From: Bacteroidota bacterium
GTDB taxonomy: Bacteria; Bacteroidota; Bacteroidia; 2-12-FULL-35-15
NCBI GenBank assembly: GCA_017303895.1
Contig: JAFLBF010000008.1
Span: 8,813 to 72,812, forward strand
DNA length: 64,000 nucleotides
Direction of reading: 5' to 3'
Shown here: in pieces, positions 27,751-37,365 of the stretch
Position numbering within the stretch: position 1 is the first letter of the stretch
Layout: every line of letters starts with the position of its first letter
Translations under genes and position numbers: made by a program
The notes under the pieces: model-generated
What the model was told of the DNA's origin: nothing
What the model saw: the letters and a program-made list of their open reading frames with translations, nothing else
Databases searched by the model: none

Positions 27751-29265
27751 ATGTCAAAATATGATATCGTCATTATAGGAAGCGGTCTGGGGGGATTAGA
27801 GTCTGCATACATTCTTAGTAAAGAAGGATACAAGGTATTAGTTCTTGAAAAGAACAGACAATTAGGAGGCAGCTTACAAATATTTGTTAGAGATAAAGCT
27901 ATTTTTGATACCGGAATTCATTATTTGGGAGGCTTGGATGAAGGACAAAACCTTAACCAGAGTTTCAAATATTTTAATATAATGGATAAATTACATCTTC
28001 AAAAGATGGATATGGATGGATTCGACCGTATCTCTTTTGATGGTGATGAGAAAGAATACAAGCATGCTCAAGGCTACGATAATTTTGTGGAGCAGTTGGC
28101 TAAAGACTTTCCAAAAGAGCGTGAAAATCTAAAACTTTATGCTCAAAGAATTCAGGAAGTATGTGACTATTTCCCATTATATCAGTTGAAAGAAGACGAT
28201 GCTCCAATTATTGGAACAAAATACTTAGATATAAATGCTAAGGATTTTATTGCATCCATTACATCCGATGTCCGTTTGCAAAATGTACTAGCAGGCTCCA
28301 ACCCTTTGTATGCAGGCGATGGAAGCAAAACACCTTTGTATGTTCACGCTTTAGTAGTCAACACCTATATTGAAAGTTCTTATAAATGTATCGATGGAGG
28401 CGCTCAAATTGAAAAGCATTTAACAAAAAACATCAAAGCGCTTGGAGGAGAAATCCGAAACTACTGTGAAGTAACAAAGATCGTTGAAAAAGATGGCTTG
28501 ATTACACATGTCGAATTATCGACTGGTGAGATCATTGAAGGGAAAAACTTTATTAGCAACATTCATCCTGCAACGACTATGCATATGCTGGAAAGCACTA
28601 AAATAAAAAAAGCATACAGTAATCGTTTACAAGGACTACAAAACTCTGTTTCCGCATTCATTATCGACATTGTTCTTAAACCGAACACATTCAAATATAT
28701 CAACCATAATCATTATCATTTCAGACGAAACGATGTGTGGTCAAGTGTGGATGTTGCAGGAGATCAATGGCCGGATGGTTATTGTGTTTTTGTTCCGAAA
28801 TCATCCCGTTCTGGTGAATATGCCGACAGCATGACCATTTTAAGTTACATGAAATACGATGAAGTAAAAAAATGGGAAGATACATTTGCAACGATCCCCA
28901 AACACAATGAAAGCAGAGGCCAGGAATATGAAGATTTCAAAATTGAAAGAGCCGAAAGAGTGATCGATGAGGTTGTAAAAAAATTCCCTGATCTACGAAG
29001 TAAGATCAAATCATACACTACCTCTACTCCACTCACCTATAGGGATTACATTGGAGCAAAAGATGGCGGGTTATATGGTATTGCAAAAGATTACCGTGAT
29101 CCGCTAAAAACGTTTATTTCACCAACAACTAAGATCCCTAATTTATTCTTTACCGGTCAGAATTTAAACATGCACGGTGTGTTGGGAGTAACTGTTGGTG
29201 CTATCAGAACTTGTGGTGTGTTTGTTGGGCAGAATTATTTGATCCAGAAGATCAATCAGGCTTAA
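27751..29265 (+). CDS. FAD/NAD(P)-dependent oxidoreductase, phytoene-desaturase (CrtI)-like
   Basis: 504 aa. N-terminal Rossmann motif YDIVIIGSGLGGLESAYILSKEGYKVLVLEKN. Confidence 0.75.
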   Translation: MSKYDIVIIGSGLGGLESAYILSKEGYKVLVLEKNRQLGGSLQIFVRDKAIFDTGIHYLGGLDEGQNLNQSFKYFNIMDKLHLQKMDMDGFDRISFDGDEKEYKHAQGYDNFVEQLAKDFPKERENLKLYAQRIQEVCDYFPLYQLKEDDAPIIGTKYLDINAKDFIASITSDVRLQNVLAGSNPLYAGDGSKTPLYVHALVVNTYIESSYKCIDGGAQIEKHLTKNIKALGGEIRNYCEVTKIVEKDGLITHVELSTGEIIEGKNFISNIHPATTMHMLESTKIKKAYSNRLQGLQNSVSAFIIDIVLKPNTFKYINHNHYHFRRNDVWSSVDVAGDQWPDGYCVFVPKSSRSGEYADSMTILSYMKYDEVKKWEDTFATIPKHNESRGQEYEDFKIERAERVIDEVVKKFPDLRSKIKSYTTSTPLTYRDYIGAKDGGLYGIAKDYRDPLKTFISPTTKIPNLFFTGQNLNMHGVLGVTVGAIRTCGVFVGQNYLIQKINQA

Positions 29266-30254
29266 TTGATACCATGTTTTTTATCGGGCAATAGATTTTC
29301 GAGTGTCCATTCCAATTTTTTTATTGAGTCGGATTTTCTATATGCACAATCTTTAATGGTACATATTGGGCAGGATGTTGGCAAACATGGATCTGCATGA
29401 ATAAAAAATTCAACCTCACCTTCCAATTTCTCCTTAATAAGCATTTCAACAGCTGTTACTTCTGAATGAGAATCCTCTAATTTATCATACCATGGAAGTG
29501 TAATATGTGCATCGATGTGCAGGTGGGCACCATATTTTATAACTCTCAGGTTATGCATATCTATCCACTTAACACGTCTATTCGAATTCAGGATCTCTAT
29601 CACTTGGTCTAGTTTTTCATAATCAGCCTCATCCAAAAGGTTGTTCACCGATTCTTTCAAAAGTTTAAGTCCGGTATAAAAAATGAATGCTCCGAAAATG
29701 ATCGCAACAATATTGTCGAGCCACAAAATTCCTGTAAAATAGATCACGATCAAACCAACCACTAAGCCAATACTGGAAACGGTATCACTCAAAAGATGTT
29801 TACCGTCAGCAATCATAAGGCTGGAGTTATGCGCCTTCCCTTTTCTAACAAGATAGATTCCCATGAAATAATTGCAGATACCCGCAAAAACAGAGATATA
29901 AAGCCCGATATCCAATGAATGGATCTCTGATGGATGAAAAAAGCCCTGAATGGATTTGACAATGATCGCACCACCGGCAATCAGGATCAATCCACCTTCT
30001 ATTCCAACCGACAAAAACTCAATCTTACCGTGTCCATAAGGATGATTTTCATCCTTAGGCAAAGAAGAAAAGTAGACGCTGAACAATGCAAAACCACCTG
30101 CAACAACATTGATGATACTTTCTAATGCATCAGTAAGAATAGCATTGGAATGTGTAATAATATACGCTGCAAATTTTACAACCATTATAATAACGCTAAA
30201 CACGAGCATCATTCGCATGGTTTTGATCTTCATCTTATTTTGTTCACTGATCAT
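29262..30254 (-). CDS. Cation diffusion facilitator (CDF) family divalent-metal efflux transporter
   Basis: 330 aa. Six TM helices plus a C-terminal cytoplasmic domain. CDF blocks ILTDALESIINVVAG and LLSDTVSSIGLVVGL. Stop overlaps the convergent oxidoreductase by 4 bp. Confidence 0.8.
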   Translation of the reverse strand: MISEQNKMKIKTMRMMLVFSVIIMVVKFAAYIITHSNAILTDALESIINVVAGGFALFSVYFSSLPKDENHPYGHGKIEFLSVGIEGGLILIAGGAIIVKSIQGFFHPSEIHSLDIGLYISVFAGICNYFMGIYLVRKGKAHNSSLMIADGKHLLSDTVSSIGLVVGLIVIYFTGILWLDNIVAIIFGAFIFYTGLKLLKESVNNLLDEADYEKLDQVIEILNSNRRVKWIDMHNLRVIKYGAHLHIDAHITLPWYDKLEDSHSEVTAVEMLIKEKLEGEVEFFIHADPCLPTSCPICTIKDCAYRKSDSIKKLEWTLENLLPDKKHGIN

Positions 30255-30328
30255 ACTGTAAACTTAAAATTAATTCCTGTTTATTCGCATTTTAACTTCA
30301 AAAAATTAACTTTGAGAAAAAACTGAAA

Positions 30329-31402
30329 ATGAAAGAATTTTTCAAAGATCTAAAAGTGGTTGAATTGGCAAATGTTTTGGCAGGACCTGCAGTAGGAATG
30401 TTCTTTGCGGAACTTGGCGCAGAAGTCATAAAGATAGAAAACAAGAACACGAATGGCGATGTAACCCGTTCGTGGAAACTAAAAACAGAAGATCCATCGA
30501 TCAATTATTCTGCATATTACGCATCTGTCAATTGGAATAAAAAAGTTCGACTGTTTGACCTGCGGAGCGAAGAAGACAAAAGCAATGTCATTGAACTTAT
30601 TAAAGAAGTCGATATTGTGATTTCCAACTACAAGCCTGGGGATGACAAAAAATTGGGATTAGATTATGACACGATAAAACAAATAAAACCCGATATCATC
30701 TATGCTCATCTCACCGGCTTTGGAGATTCAATCAAAAGAACAGCCTATGATCTAATACTTCAAGCTGAAACGGGTTTTATGCACATGAATGGAGATCGGA
30801 ATTCATCTCCACTAAAAATGCCGGTTGCAATGATTGATATTTTGGCTGCACATCAAATGAAAGAAGCCATATTAGTTGCACTCATAAGAAGATTAAAAAC
30901 AAATGAAGGCTCACATATAACAGTTTCTTTGTATGATTCCGCAGTAACAGCACTTGCTAATCAGGCTAGTAATTGGCTTATGGCCGGTCATGATCCGCAG
31001 CCAATAGGATCATTGCATCCTAATATTGCCCCTTATGGTGAATTATTCACATGTTCTGACAATAAAAAAATTGTATTGGCTATTGGAAACGACAAGCAAT
31101 TTATCAATTTGTGCAGGATCCTGAACTTAGACAATTTGGGAACTCATCCGGATTATGCAACAAATGTCCAACGAGTGATTCATCGATCTGAGCTTTATGA
31201 ACTTTTGCAAATGAAAATATCTACTTTCATTTCAGAACAACTTATGAATCTTGCCATTCAACAAGATATTCCTATTGGTATTATTAAATCCGTTAGAGAA
31301 GTATTTGAAATCCCTTCAAATGGACAACTCATTTTAGAGGAAAAGATTGATGATAAAATCCTATCAAAACGGGTTAGAACAGTCGCTTTCAACCTTAAAT
31401 AA
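30329..31402 (+). CDS. Family III CoA-transferase (CaiB/BaiF)
   Basis: 357 aa. LKVVELANVLAGPAVGMFFAELGAEVIKIE matches the CoA-transferase III N-terminal signature. Confidence 0.75.
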   Translation: MKEFFKDLKVVELANVLAGPAVGMFFAELGAEVIKIENKNTNGDVTRSWKLKTEDPSINYSAYYASVNWNKKVRLFDLRSEEDKSNVIELIKEVDIVISNYKPGDDKKLGLDYDTIKQIKPDIIYAHLTGFGDSIKRTAYDLILQAETGFMHMNGDRNSSPLKMPVAMIDILAAHQMKEAILVALIRRLKTNEGSHITVSLYDSAVTALANQASNWLMAGHDPQPIGSLHPNIAPYGELFTCSDNKKIVLAIGNDKQFINLCRILNLDNLGTHPDYATNVQRVIHRSELYELLQMKISTFISEQLMNLAIQQDIPIGIIKSVREVFEIPSNGQLILEEKIDDKILSKRVRTVAFNLK

Positions 31403-31496
31403 GTGTTATTAACACGTTAATTTTCAAAACCTTATCACACATTTGGCTTTTTAGCATTTTTTTTTATATTTTTGTAGCAAAACAGCATAGAAACAA

Positions 31497-32468
31497 ATGC
31501 ATAAACGCTTATTAATTGTCCTACTCTTAATATTACCAATTGTTGCTTCTGCCCAATACAGAGGTACCAAAAGAAAAGGCTTAAGAACTAACAGTAAATT
31601 CGCCAATAAAAGAAATAAACCTAAAAAAGAATATATTTTAGGGATTGGTGCTAGTAACTTTTTAGGAGAATTGGGGGGAGCCAATCAAATTGGAACCAAC
31701 TTCGTAAAAGATCTTGAGTTTACAGCAACAAGGCCTTCAATTGCTTTGGGAATGCGTTATAAATTCCACAAAAGATGGGCTGTAAAAGGAGGTCTGCACT
31801 ACCTATTGCTTAGCGGAAACGATAAACTTACTCAGGAGCCATTCAGAAAGAATAGAAATTTGCATTTCAGATCACATACATTTGAGTTATCGGTTCAGGG
31901 AGAATTCTATTTTACCAAAGAGCAATCCGGACATATCTACAAGATCAAGAATGCTAAAGGAATGAAGAGTTACGACTATCAAGGTTATATCTTTGTTGGT
32001 GTGGGAGCCTTTTATTATAATCCACAAGCAAAATTCAATGGTAATTGGGTTAATCTTCAACCTTTATCAACTGAGGGGCAAGGATTGGCCGGTGGTCCAA
32101 AAAAATACTCAAGAGTGAGCATTTGCATCCCATATGGAATTGGTGGTAAATATGCAATCAATAAAGAATGGGCTGTTGGTTTAGAAGCCGGTATCAGAAA
32201 AACTTTTACAGACTATATTGATGATGTGAGTGGTGTTTATTATGACAATAGTGCTATTTTTCAAGCAAAAGGTGCTACTGCAGCCTATTTAGCCGATCCA
32301 TCTCTAATGAATTTTCCTGAAGAATTGGGAGGTAATGCAACTCCTTATAACCAATCAGCTGTTGGACAGCAGCGTGGCGACCCGTCAGACAAAGATTCTT
32401 ACATGTTTTTGAATGTGACTGTTAGTTACAAAATGCCGAACAAACGCAAAACCAGATCTAAGTTCTAG
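31497..32468 (+). CDS. Outer-membrane beta-barrel protein (hypothetical)
   Basis: 323 aa. Signal peptide MHKRLLIVLLLILPIVASAQ. Alternating amphipathic strands. C-terminal aromatic residue (...SKF). Confidence 0.5.
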   Translation: MHKRLLIVLLLILPIVASAQYRGTKRKGLRTNSKFANKRNKPKKEYILGIGASNFLGELGGANQIGTNFVKDLEFTATRPSIALGMRYKFHKRWAVKGGLHYLLLSGNDKLTQEPFRKNRNLHFRSHTFELSVQGEFYFTKEQSGHIYKIKNAKGMKSYDYQGYIFVGVGAFYYNPQAKFNGNWVNLQPLSTEGQGLAGGPKKYSRVSICIPYGIGGKYAINKEWAVGLEAGIRKTFTDYIDDVSGVYYDNSAIFQAKGATAAYLADPSLMNFPEELGGNATPYNQSAVGQQRGDPSDKDSYMFLNVTVSYKMPNKRKTRSKF

Positions 32469-32480
32469 TATAAATATTAC

Positions 32481-32924
32481 ATGAACCATAGTGTAAAAAT
32501 TATAGAGCCTCAAACCCCAAAAGAGTTTGAGGCTTATTATTTAGTACGATTCAATACACTTAGAAAACCCTGGAACCAGCCATTAGGTAGTGAAAAAGAT
32601 CAATTCGAAGAAAACAGTATTCATGCAATGGCAACAGATAGTACTGGAAGTGTTTTGGGAGTATGCAGGCTTCAGTATAATTCACCAACTGAAGGACAAT
32701 TACGATTCATGGGAGTAGTTGAAGACGCAAGAGGAATGGGAATTGGGAAACTGCTCTTAGACTATCTTGAAAAAAAGGCTAAATATTCCGGAGCAAAAAC
32801 AATGATCTTACAGGCTCGCGAAAATGCGCTTCCATTTTATCTTAAATGCGGATACTCCACTAAAGAAAAAACTCATCTCCTTTGGGGAGAGATACAACAC
32901 TACTTAATGACAAAAGAATTATAA
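32481..32924 (+). CDS. GNAT-family N-acetyltransferase
   Basis: 147 aa. Acetyl-CoA binding motif RGMGIGKLLLDYLE. Confidence 0.7.
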   Translation: MNHSVKIIEPQTPKEFEAYYLVRFNTLRKPWNQPLGSEKDQFEENSIHAMATDSTGSVLGVCRLQYNSPTEGQLRFMGVVEDARGMGIGKLLLDYLEKKAKYSGAKTMILQARENALPFYLKCGYSTKEKTHLLWGEIQHYLMTKEL

Positions 32925-34196
32925 AGCAGGCAGGGCTTTGGATCTGCTTTCTCCGAATCCAATTCGAACACCATTCTTTTCACAATACCCTCTGATGATC
33001 ACCGAGTCGTTATCATTAATGAATTTACGCTCACTTCCATCTTTCATCTTTACAGGTTTTGTTCCTCTCCAGGTAATTTCTAACATTGAACCAAAAGAGT
33101 CGGGAGTTGGTCCGCTTATCGTTCCAGAAGCAAGCATATCACCAATATTCATGTTGCAACCATTAACAGTATGATGAGCCAATTGCTGCTCCATGGTCCA
33201 ATACATAAATTTATAATTAGAATGAGATACTAAGGTTTCTTCTCCACCTTCAGGCTGAATAAAAACATCCAAATGAATATCAATATTCTTATCTCCTGAA
33301 TATTCTAAATAGGACAATACTTTTGGATCCTGTTTGTATCCGGGAACACGGAACGGCTCAAGTGCCTCTAAAGTCACCACCCAAGGGGATACTGTGGATG
33401 CGAAGTTCTTTGCTAAGAATGGTCCTAATGGAACATATTCCCATGTTTGGATATCACGTGCACTCCAATCATTAAAAAGCACCATCCCAAAAATATGTTC
33501 ATCGGCATTATCCGTAGTAATACTCTCGCCTAATTGAGTTGATTTTCCAATAATAAACGCTGTTTCCAACTCAAAATCGAGCAAGCGGCAAGGACCAAAA
33601 ACGGGAGGTTCATTCTCATTGGGTTTTGTCTGCCCTTTTGGACGATGAAAATTAGTCCCTGAAATCGTTATTGAAGAGGCTCTTCCATGGTAGCCTACCG
33701 GCAGATGCTTCCAATTTGGCAACAATGCATTATTAGGATCACGGAACATGGTGCCTACATTGGTAGCATGATCAATACTGGAATAAAAATCGGTATAATC
33801 GCCTACTTTAACAGGCATCTGCATTTGAACATTGCTAATATATTGCAATACTTTCACTCTGGCTTCTTTATTGTCTCTAAGGTCTGATGTATTGACATTC
33901 AGTAAATGAGAAATCCTTTCTCTCAAGGCATTGGTGGTCTGTTTCCCCAAAGCAATAAAATCATTCAAATATTGATTCGTAAATACAGAATTATCAATTT
34001 TTAGATCATCTAAATAGCCCAATTTATTTAAAATTGCCAGATCCAACACTTGATCTCCAATAGCAACGCCTACTCGTGGACTTGAACTTTGAGTTTTAAA
34101 AATTCCAAAAGGTAAATTCTGAATTGGAAAATCGGATCCTGCCGCTACTTCTACCCAGGATCTTAATGATGGATCGTTTGCTTTACTCATATTCAC
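32919..34196 (-). CDS. Fumarylacetoacetase (FAH; tyrosine catabolism)
   Basis: 425 aa. FAH N-terminal domain signature SWVEVAAGSDFPIQNLPFGIFK. C-terminal FAH-fold metal-binding region. Confidence 0.8.
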   Translation of the reverse strand: MNMSKANDPSLRSWVEVAAGSDFPIQNLPFGIFKTQSSSPRVGVAIGDQVLDLAILNKLGYLDDLKIDNSVFTNQYLNDFIALGKQTTNALRERISHLLNVNTSDLRDNKEARVKVLQYISNVQMQMPVKVGDYTDFYSSIDHATNVGTMFRDPNNALLPNWKHLPVGYHGRASSITISGTNFHRPKGQTKPNENEPPVFGPCRLLDFELETAFIIGKSTQLGESITTDNADEHIFGMVLFNDWSARDIQTWEYVPLGPFLAKNFASTVSPWVVTLEALEPFRVPGYKQDPKVLSYLEYSGDKNIDIHLDVFIQPEGGEETLVSHSNYKFMYWTMEQQLAHHTVNGCNMNIGDMLASGTISGPTPDSFGSMLEITWRGTKPVKMKDGSERKFINDNDSVIIRGYCEKNGVRIGFGESRSKALPAL

Positions 34197-34366
34197 TAAT
34201 GTTTAGAATACAAATGTAATAAAAAGGCCATTCCATGGTTAATTATATCCAAATATTCACAAACGATTATTAGCAACTTTCCTGCTAAATTCAATAAAAT
34301 ATTCTGATTCTCTGTATCTTTTTGAAAAGTTTACGTTATAAAGGAGGAACACTGTAAAATTGGTAT

Positions 34367-34930
34367 ATGCTACAACCATCAAAATATCATGCAACAACTA
34401 CTGATCTAAACAATGAGAATGCATTGGTAGAAGCTGCAAAAAAGGATCCTCATCAATTTGCAGCGCTCTACAGTAAGTATTATGAACGAATTTTTAGATT
34501 CATTTATCAACGATTGGATGACAAAGAACAGGCATTTGACTCTACTCAACAGGTTTTTATCAAAGCATTGGAAAAGTTACCCAAATATGAATTTAAAGGT
34601 GTTCCTTTTGCTTCATGGCTTTACAGGATCGCCTCCAACGAAGTTGTTGATCTTTTCAGAACTCAGAAAGCTCAACGAACTGTAAACATTGATTCGATAT
34701 CTGTGTATAATATTATTGAAGAGATCCAGGAATCTAAGATCGATGAATATCACGACAAAATAGTAAATATCATAGCTGATCTACCGGAAGATGAATTGCA
34801 ATTAATTGAAATGCGTTTTTTTGAAAAAAGAGCTTTCAAAGAAATAGCTGAGATCTTAAATCTGACAGAAAATAATGCGAAAGTTAAAACCTATCGAATA
34901 CTGGAAAAATTAAAAAAGACAATTAAATAA
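34367..34930 (+). CDS. RNA polymerase ECF-type sigma-70 factor
   Basis: 187 aa. Region 2 (FASWLYRIASNEVVDLFR) and region 4 HTH (RAFKEIAEILNLTENNAKVKTYRILEKL). Confidence 0.75.
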   Translation: MLQPSKYHATTTDLNNENALVEAAKKDPHQFAALYSKYYERIFRFIYQRLDDKEQAFDSTQQVFIKALEKLPKYEFKGVPFASWLYRIASNEVVDLFRTQKAQRTVNIDSISVYNIIEEIQESKIDEYHDKIVNIIADLPEDELQLIEMRFFEKRAFKEIAEILNLTENNAKVKTYRILEKLKKTIK

Positions 34931-34957
34931 GATACTATTGATACTACCAATACTCAC

Positions 34958-36664
34958 ATGAAACGAAAAATAAATTTAAACCGTCCAAAGATCAGTGCTG
35001 ATGAAATTGCTCAGCGACAGAATTTTGATTCGGTTTTAAAAGGAAATGCAACAGCCGGTAAACCCTTTTTTAAAAAGCCATGGTTCTTATCCGGTATTGT
35101 TGTGGCTACGGTTGCAGTTGTTACCACAGTTGCTCTATTGAACAAATCACAGAACATCCCCAATAGCGACCAAGCAAGCCTTGAGCAACAAAACGATAGT
35201 TTGGCGCTTGAAAAAGTTTATGCATTGGAACAGGCCAAACCCTGCATTGCTCCACCTATTGATGGCTTGAATATTCCTTATACAACATATAAAGTACTGG
35301 CTGAAAATGGAGGAAAATTTGAATTTAAAACGGGTTCAATATTTACTGTTCCTAAAAATGCCTTTATTGACAGCGATGGAAACATTGTAAAAGGAGAAGT
35401 CGAAATTAGATATCGTGAATTTCATGATATGGTAGATGTATTTGTAGCAGGTATTCCGATGACCTATGATAGTGCCGGAACACGCTATCATTTTGAATCA
35501 GCAGGAATGATGGAAATGCGGGCTTATCAGAATGGGAAAGAAGTAGCGATTGCAAAAGATAGATCAATAAATATTGAGATGAGCTCTAATGATGCTGATC
35601 CTAAACACAATTTATACTTGCTTGATACGGTTCAGAACAATTGGGCTTGTTTGGGGAAGGATAAAATTGTAAAAGCGACTGAACCTGAAAAAAGTGAAGC
35701 AAAGACGATTCTATCGCTAAATGAAACGCCAGAATACAAGACAATAGAAGCAAAAAAAGCGGAAGCAAAAACAATAAAAGAAGAGAAGATCGCTGCATTG
35801 CCTAAAGTTCCTGCCGAACCTAAAAAACCAGCTAAAGTAAATACAGCAAAATACACATTCGATATAGATGTCAATACAAAAGAATTCCCCGAACTATCTG
35901 TATACAAAGGCGTTTTATTTGAAGTTGGCGATGAAAACAAGAATTTTGATAAATCGATGTACGATGTAATTTATGACAATGCATCTATAAAAAATGGCAC
36001 GAAAAAAAATGAAAACTATTTATTGACTTTATTGAAAGGAAGTAAAAAAATTGACTTGGTCGTTTATCCTGTGTTCGAGGGGAAAAATTATGAAACCGCT
36101 ATAAAATCCTTTCAAGAGAAATTTGAGAAATATACTGCTGTTTTGGAGAATCGAAAAGCCGAAGAGAAAAAGATAGAGGCTGAATATTTAGCAAAAGTAG
36201 CCGAGTATCAAAAAAGACAAGATGAAATGGCCAGACAATGGAAAGAGAAACAAGACGAAGCCTTTAAAGCATTGGATACTGAGCAAAAAGTAAAAAGGGT
36301 ATTTGCCATCAATAATTTTGGTGTGTATAACTGCGATAATCCCAACGCCTACCCTACAGGTGTAGCTTGTACTGCAGAGCTGAAAAATGATCTGAATAAA
36401 AAGTTACATGTCTATGATGTTTTCTTGGTTGAGAAAGGTAGAAATGCGATGTTTTCTTTCTCAAGGAATCCTGTTACCAATTTTTCATTCGATCCTGCTG
36501 CTAAAAATATTCTATGGACAGTGGAACATGGTGTATTATACTACTTAAAGCCGGAAGATTTTAATGCTATCAAGAATGGAAATGGTACTAGAGATATTCG
36601 ACTGAATAAGGTTTCGGAAAAATTCAGCAATGCAGAGGAAATGAAAACATTCTTCGGAATTTAA
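34958..36664 (+). CDS. Membrane-anchored hypothetical protein (single TM, large extracytoplasmic domain), downstream of the ECF sigma gene
   Basis: 568 aa. Cytoplasmic N-terminus, TM LSGIVVATVAVVTTVALL, then a long domain with a charged coiled-coil-like stretch (KAEEKKIEAEYLAKVAEYQKRQDEMARQWKEKQDEAFKALD). I see no recognisable anti-sigma (zinc-finger/FecR) motif. Confidence 0.4.
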   Translation: MKRKINLNRPKISADEIAQRQNFDSVLKGNATAGKPFFKKPWFLSGIVVATVAVVTTVALLNKSQNIPNSDQASLEQQNDSLALEKVYALEQAKPCIAPPIDGLNIPYTTYKVLAENGGKFEFKTGSIFTVPKNAFIDSDGNIVKGEVEIRYREFHDMVDVFVAGIPMTYDSAGTRYHFESAGMMEMRAYQNGKEVAIAKDRSINIEMSSNDADPKHNLYLLDTVQNNWACLGKDKIVKATEPEKSEAKTILSLNETPEYKTIEAKKAEAKTIKEEKIAALPKVPAEPKKPAKVNTAKYTFDIDVNTKEFPELSVYKGVLFEVGDENKNFDKSMYDVIYDNASIKNGTKKNENYLLTLLKGSKKIDLVVYPVFEGKNYETAIKSFQEKFEKYTAVLENRKAEEKKIEAEYLAKVAEYQKRQDEMARQWKEKQDEAFKALDTEQKVKRVFAINNFGVYNCDNPNAYPTGVACTAELKNDLNKKLHVYDVFLVEKGRNAMFSFSRNPVTNFSFDPAAKNILWTVEHGVLYYLKPEDFNAIKNGNGTRDIRLNKVSEKFSNAEEMKTFFGI

Positions 36665-36697
36665 GATCTCAAATTTTACACGTAACGAAAGTTCTAT

Positions 36698-37348
36698 ATG
36701 AAGAATATCCTGCTTCTATTCTTTATACTCCTATCGCTTTTGCTTCAGGCACAAAACGATAGCGTCCCTAAACACGGTACGATCAAGATCGGCAAAAAGA
36801 AGGATACCACATATATTAAAGCTTCCGTTAAATTTCAGGTTTATGAAACAAAAGGGCGAAAAAATTATAAAAGCTATGCTGAATTAAAAAATAGCTTTAT
36901 TGGGCGACCAATACTTAGGTCGTCTGCTGTGATTGAACCACTTCCCTTAGTTGAAGGCTACACTATTCCTTTTGATTACAACAGTTATTACAACAAAGTG
37001 GTCAAACAATATATGATCGACCTAATGGATAAAGAAACAGATACGGTGAAAATCGAGATCTGCATCAGCTCCAAAGGGAAAGTATATTTCAAAGACCTGG
37101 CAAAACTTCAACGAATTGGAAAGGATATTGTTTTTTATGACCCTGAATTAAAACGATACGGAACAGAAAAGAACCATACAAATTCAATGGCTGCGCTAAT
37201 GAAAATACAAGCCTGGGAGCCGGCTTATCAAATTACTCCTTATAAGGATTCTTTTAAAGGCACAACAGTTATTAAACCAAAAAAGACTAAACTGGATGCG
37301 ATAGGAATTTTAACTATTGTTTTCTCTTCTACTCCATTTATTGAATAG
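36698..37348 (+). CDS. Secreted hypothetical protein
   Basis: 216 aa. Signal peptide MKNILLLFFILLSLLLQAQ. No recognisable motif. Confidence 0.4.
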   Translation: MKNILLLFFILLSLLLQAQNDSVPKHGTIKIGKKKDTTYIKASVKFQVYETKGRKNYKSYAELKNSFIGRPILRSSAVIEPLPLVEGYTIPFDYNSYYNKVVKQYMIDLMDKETDTVKIEICISSKGKVYFKDLAKLQRIGKDIVFYDPELKRYGTEKNHTNSMAALMKIQAWEPAYQITPYKDSFKGTTVIKPKKTKLDAIGILTIVFSSTPFIE

Positions 37349-37365
37349 CAATTATTCAAAAAATC

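Noticed and set aside
34958-36664. Calling the 568-aa membrane protein an anti-sigma factor
   Set aside because: Only position and topology support it. I cannot see a zinc-binding anti-sigma N-domain or a FecR domain, so I left it as hypothetical and raised it as a finding.
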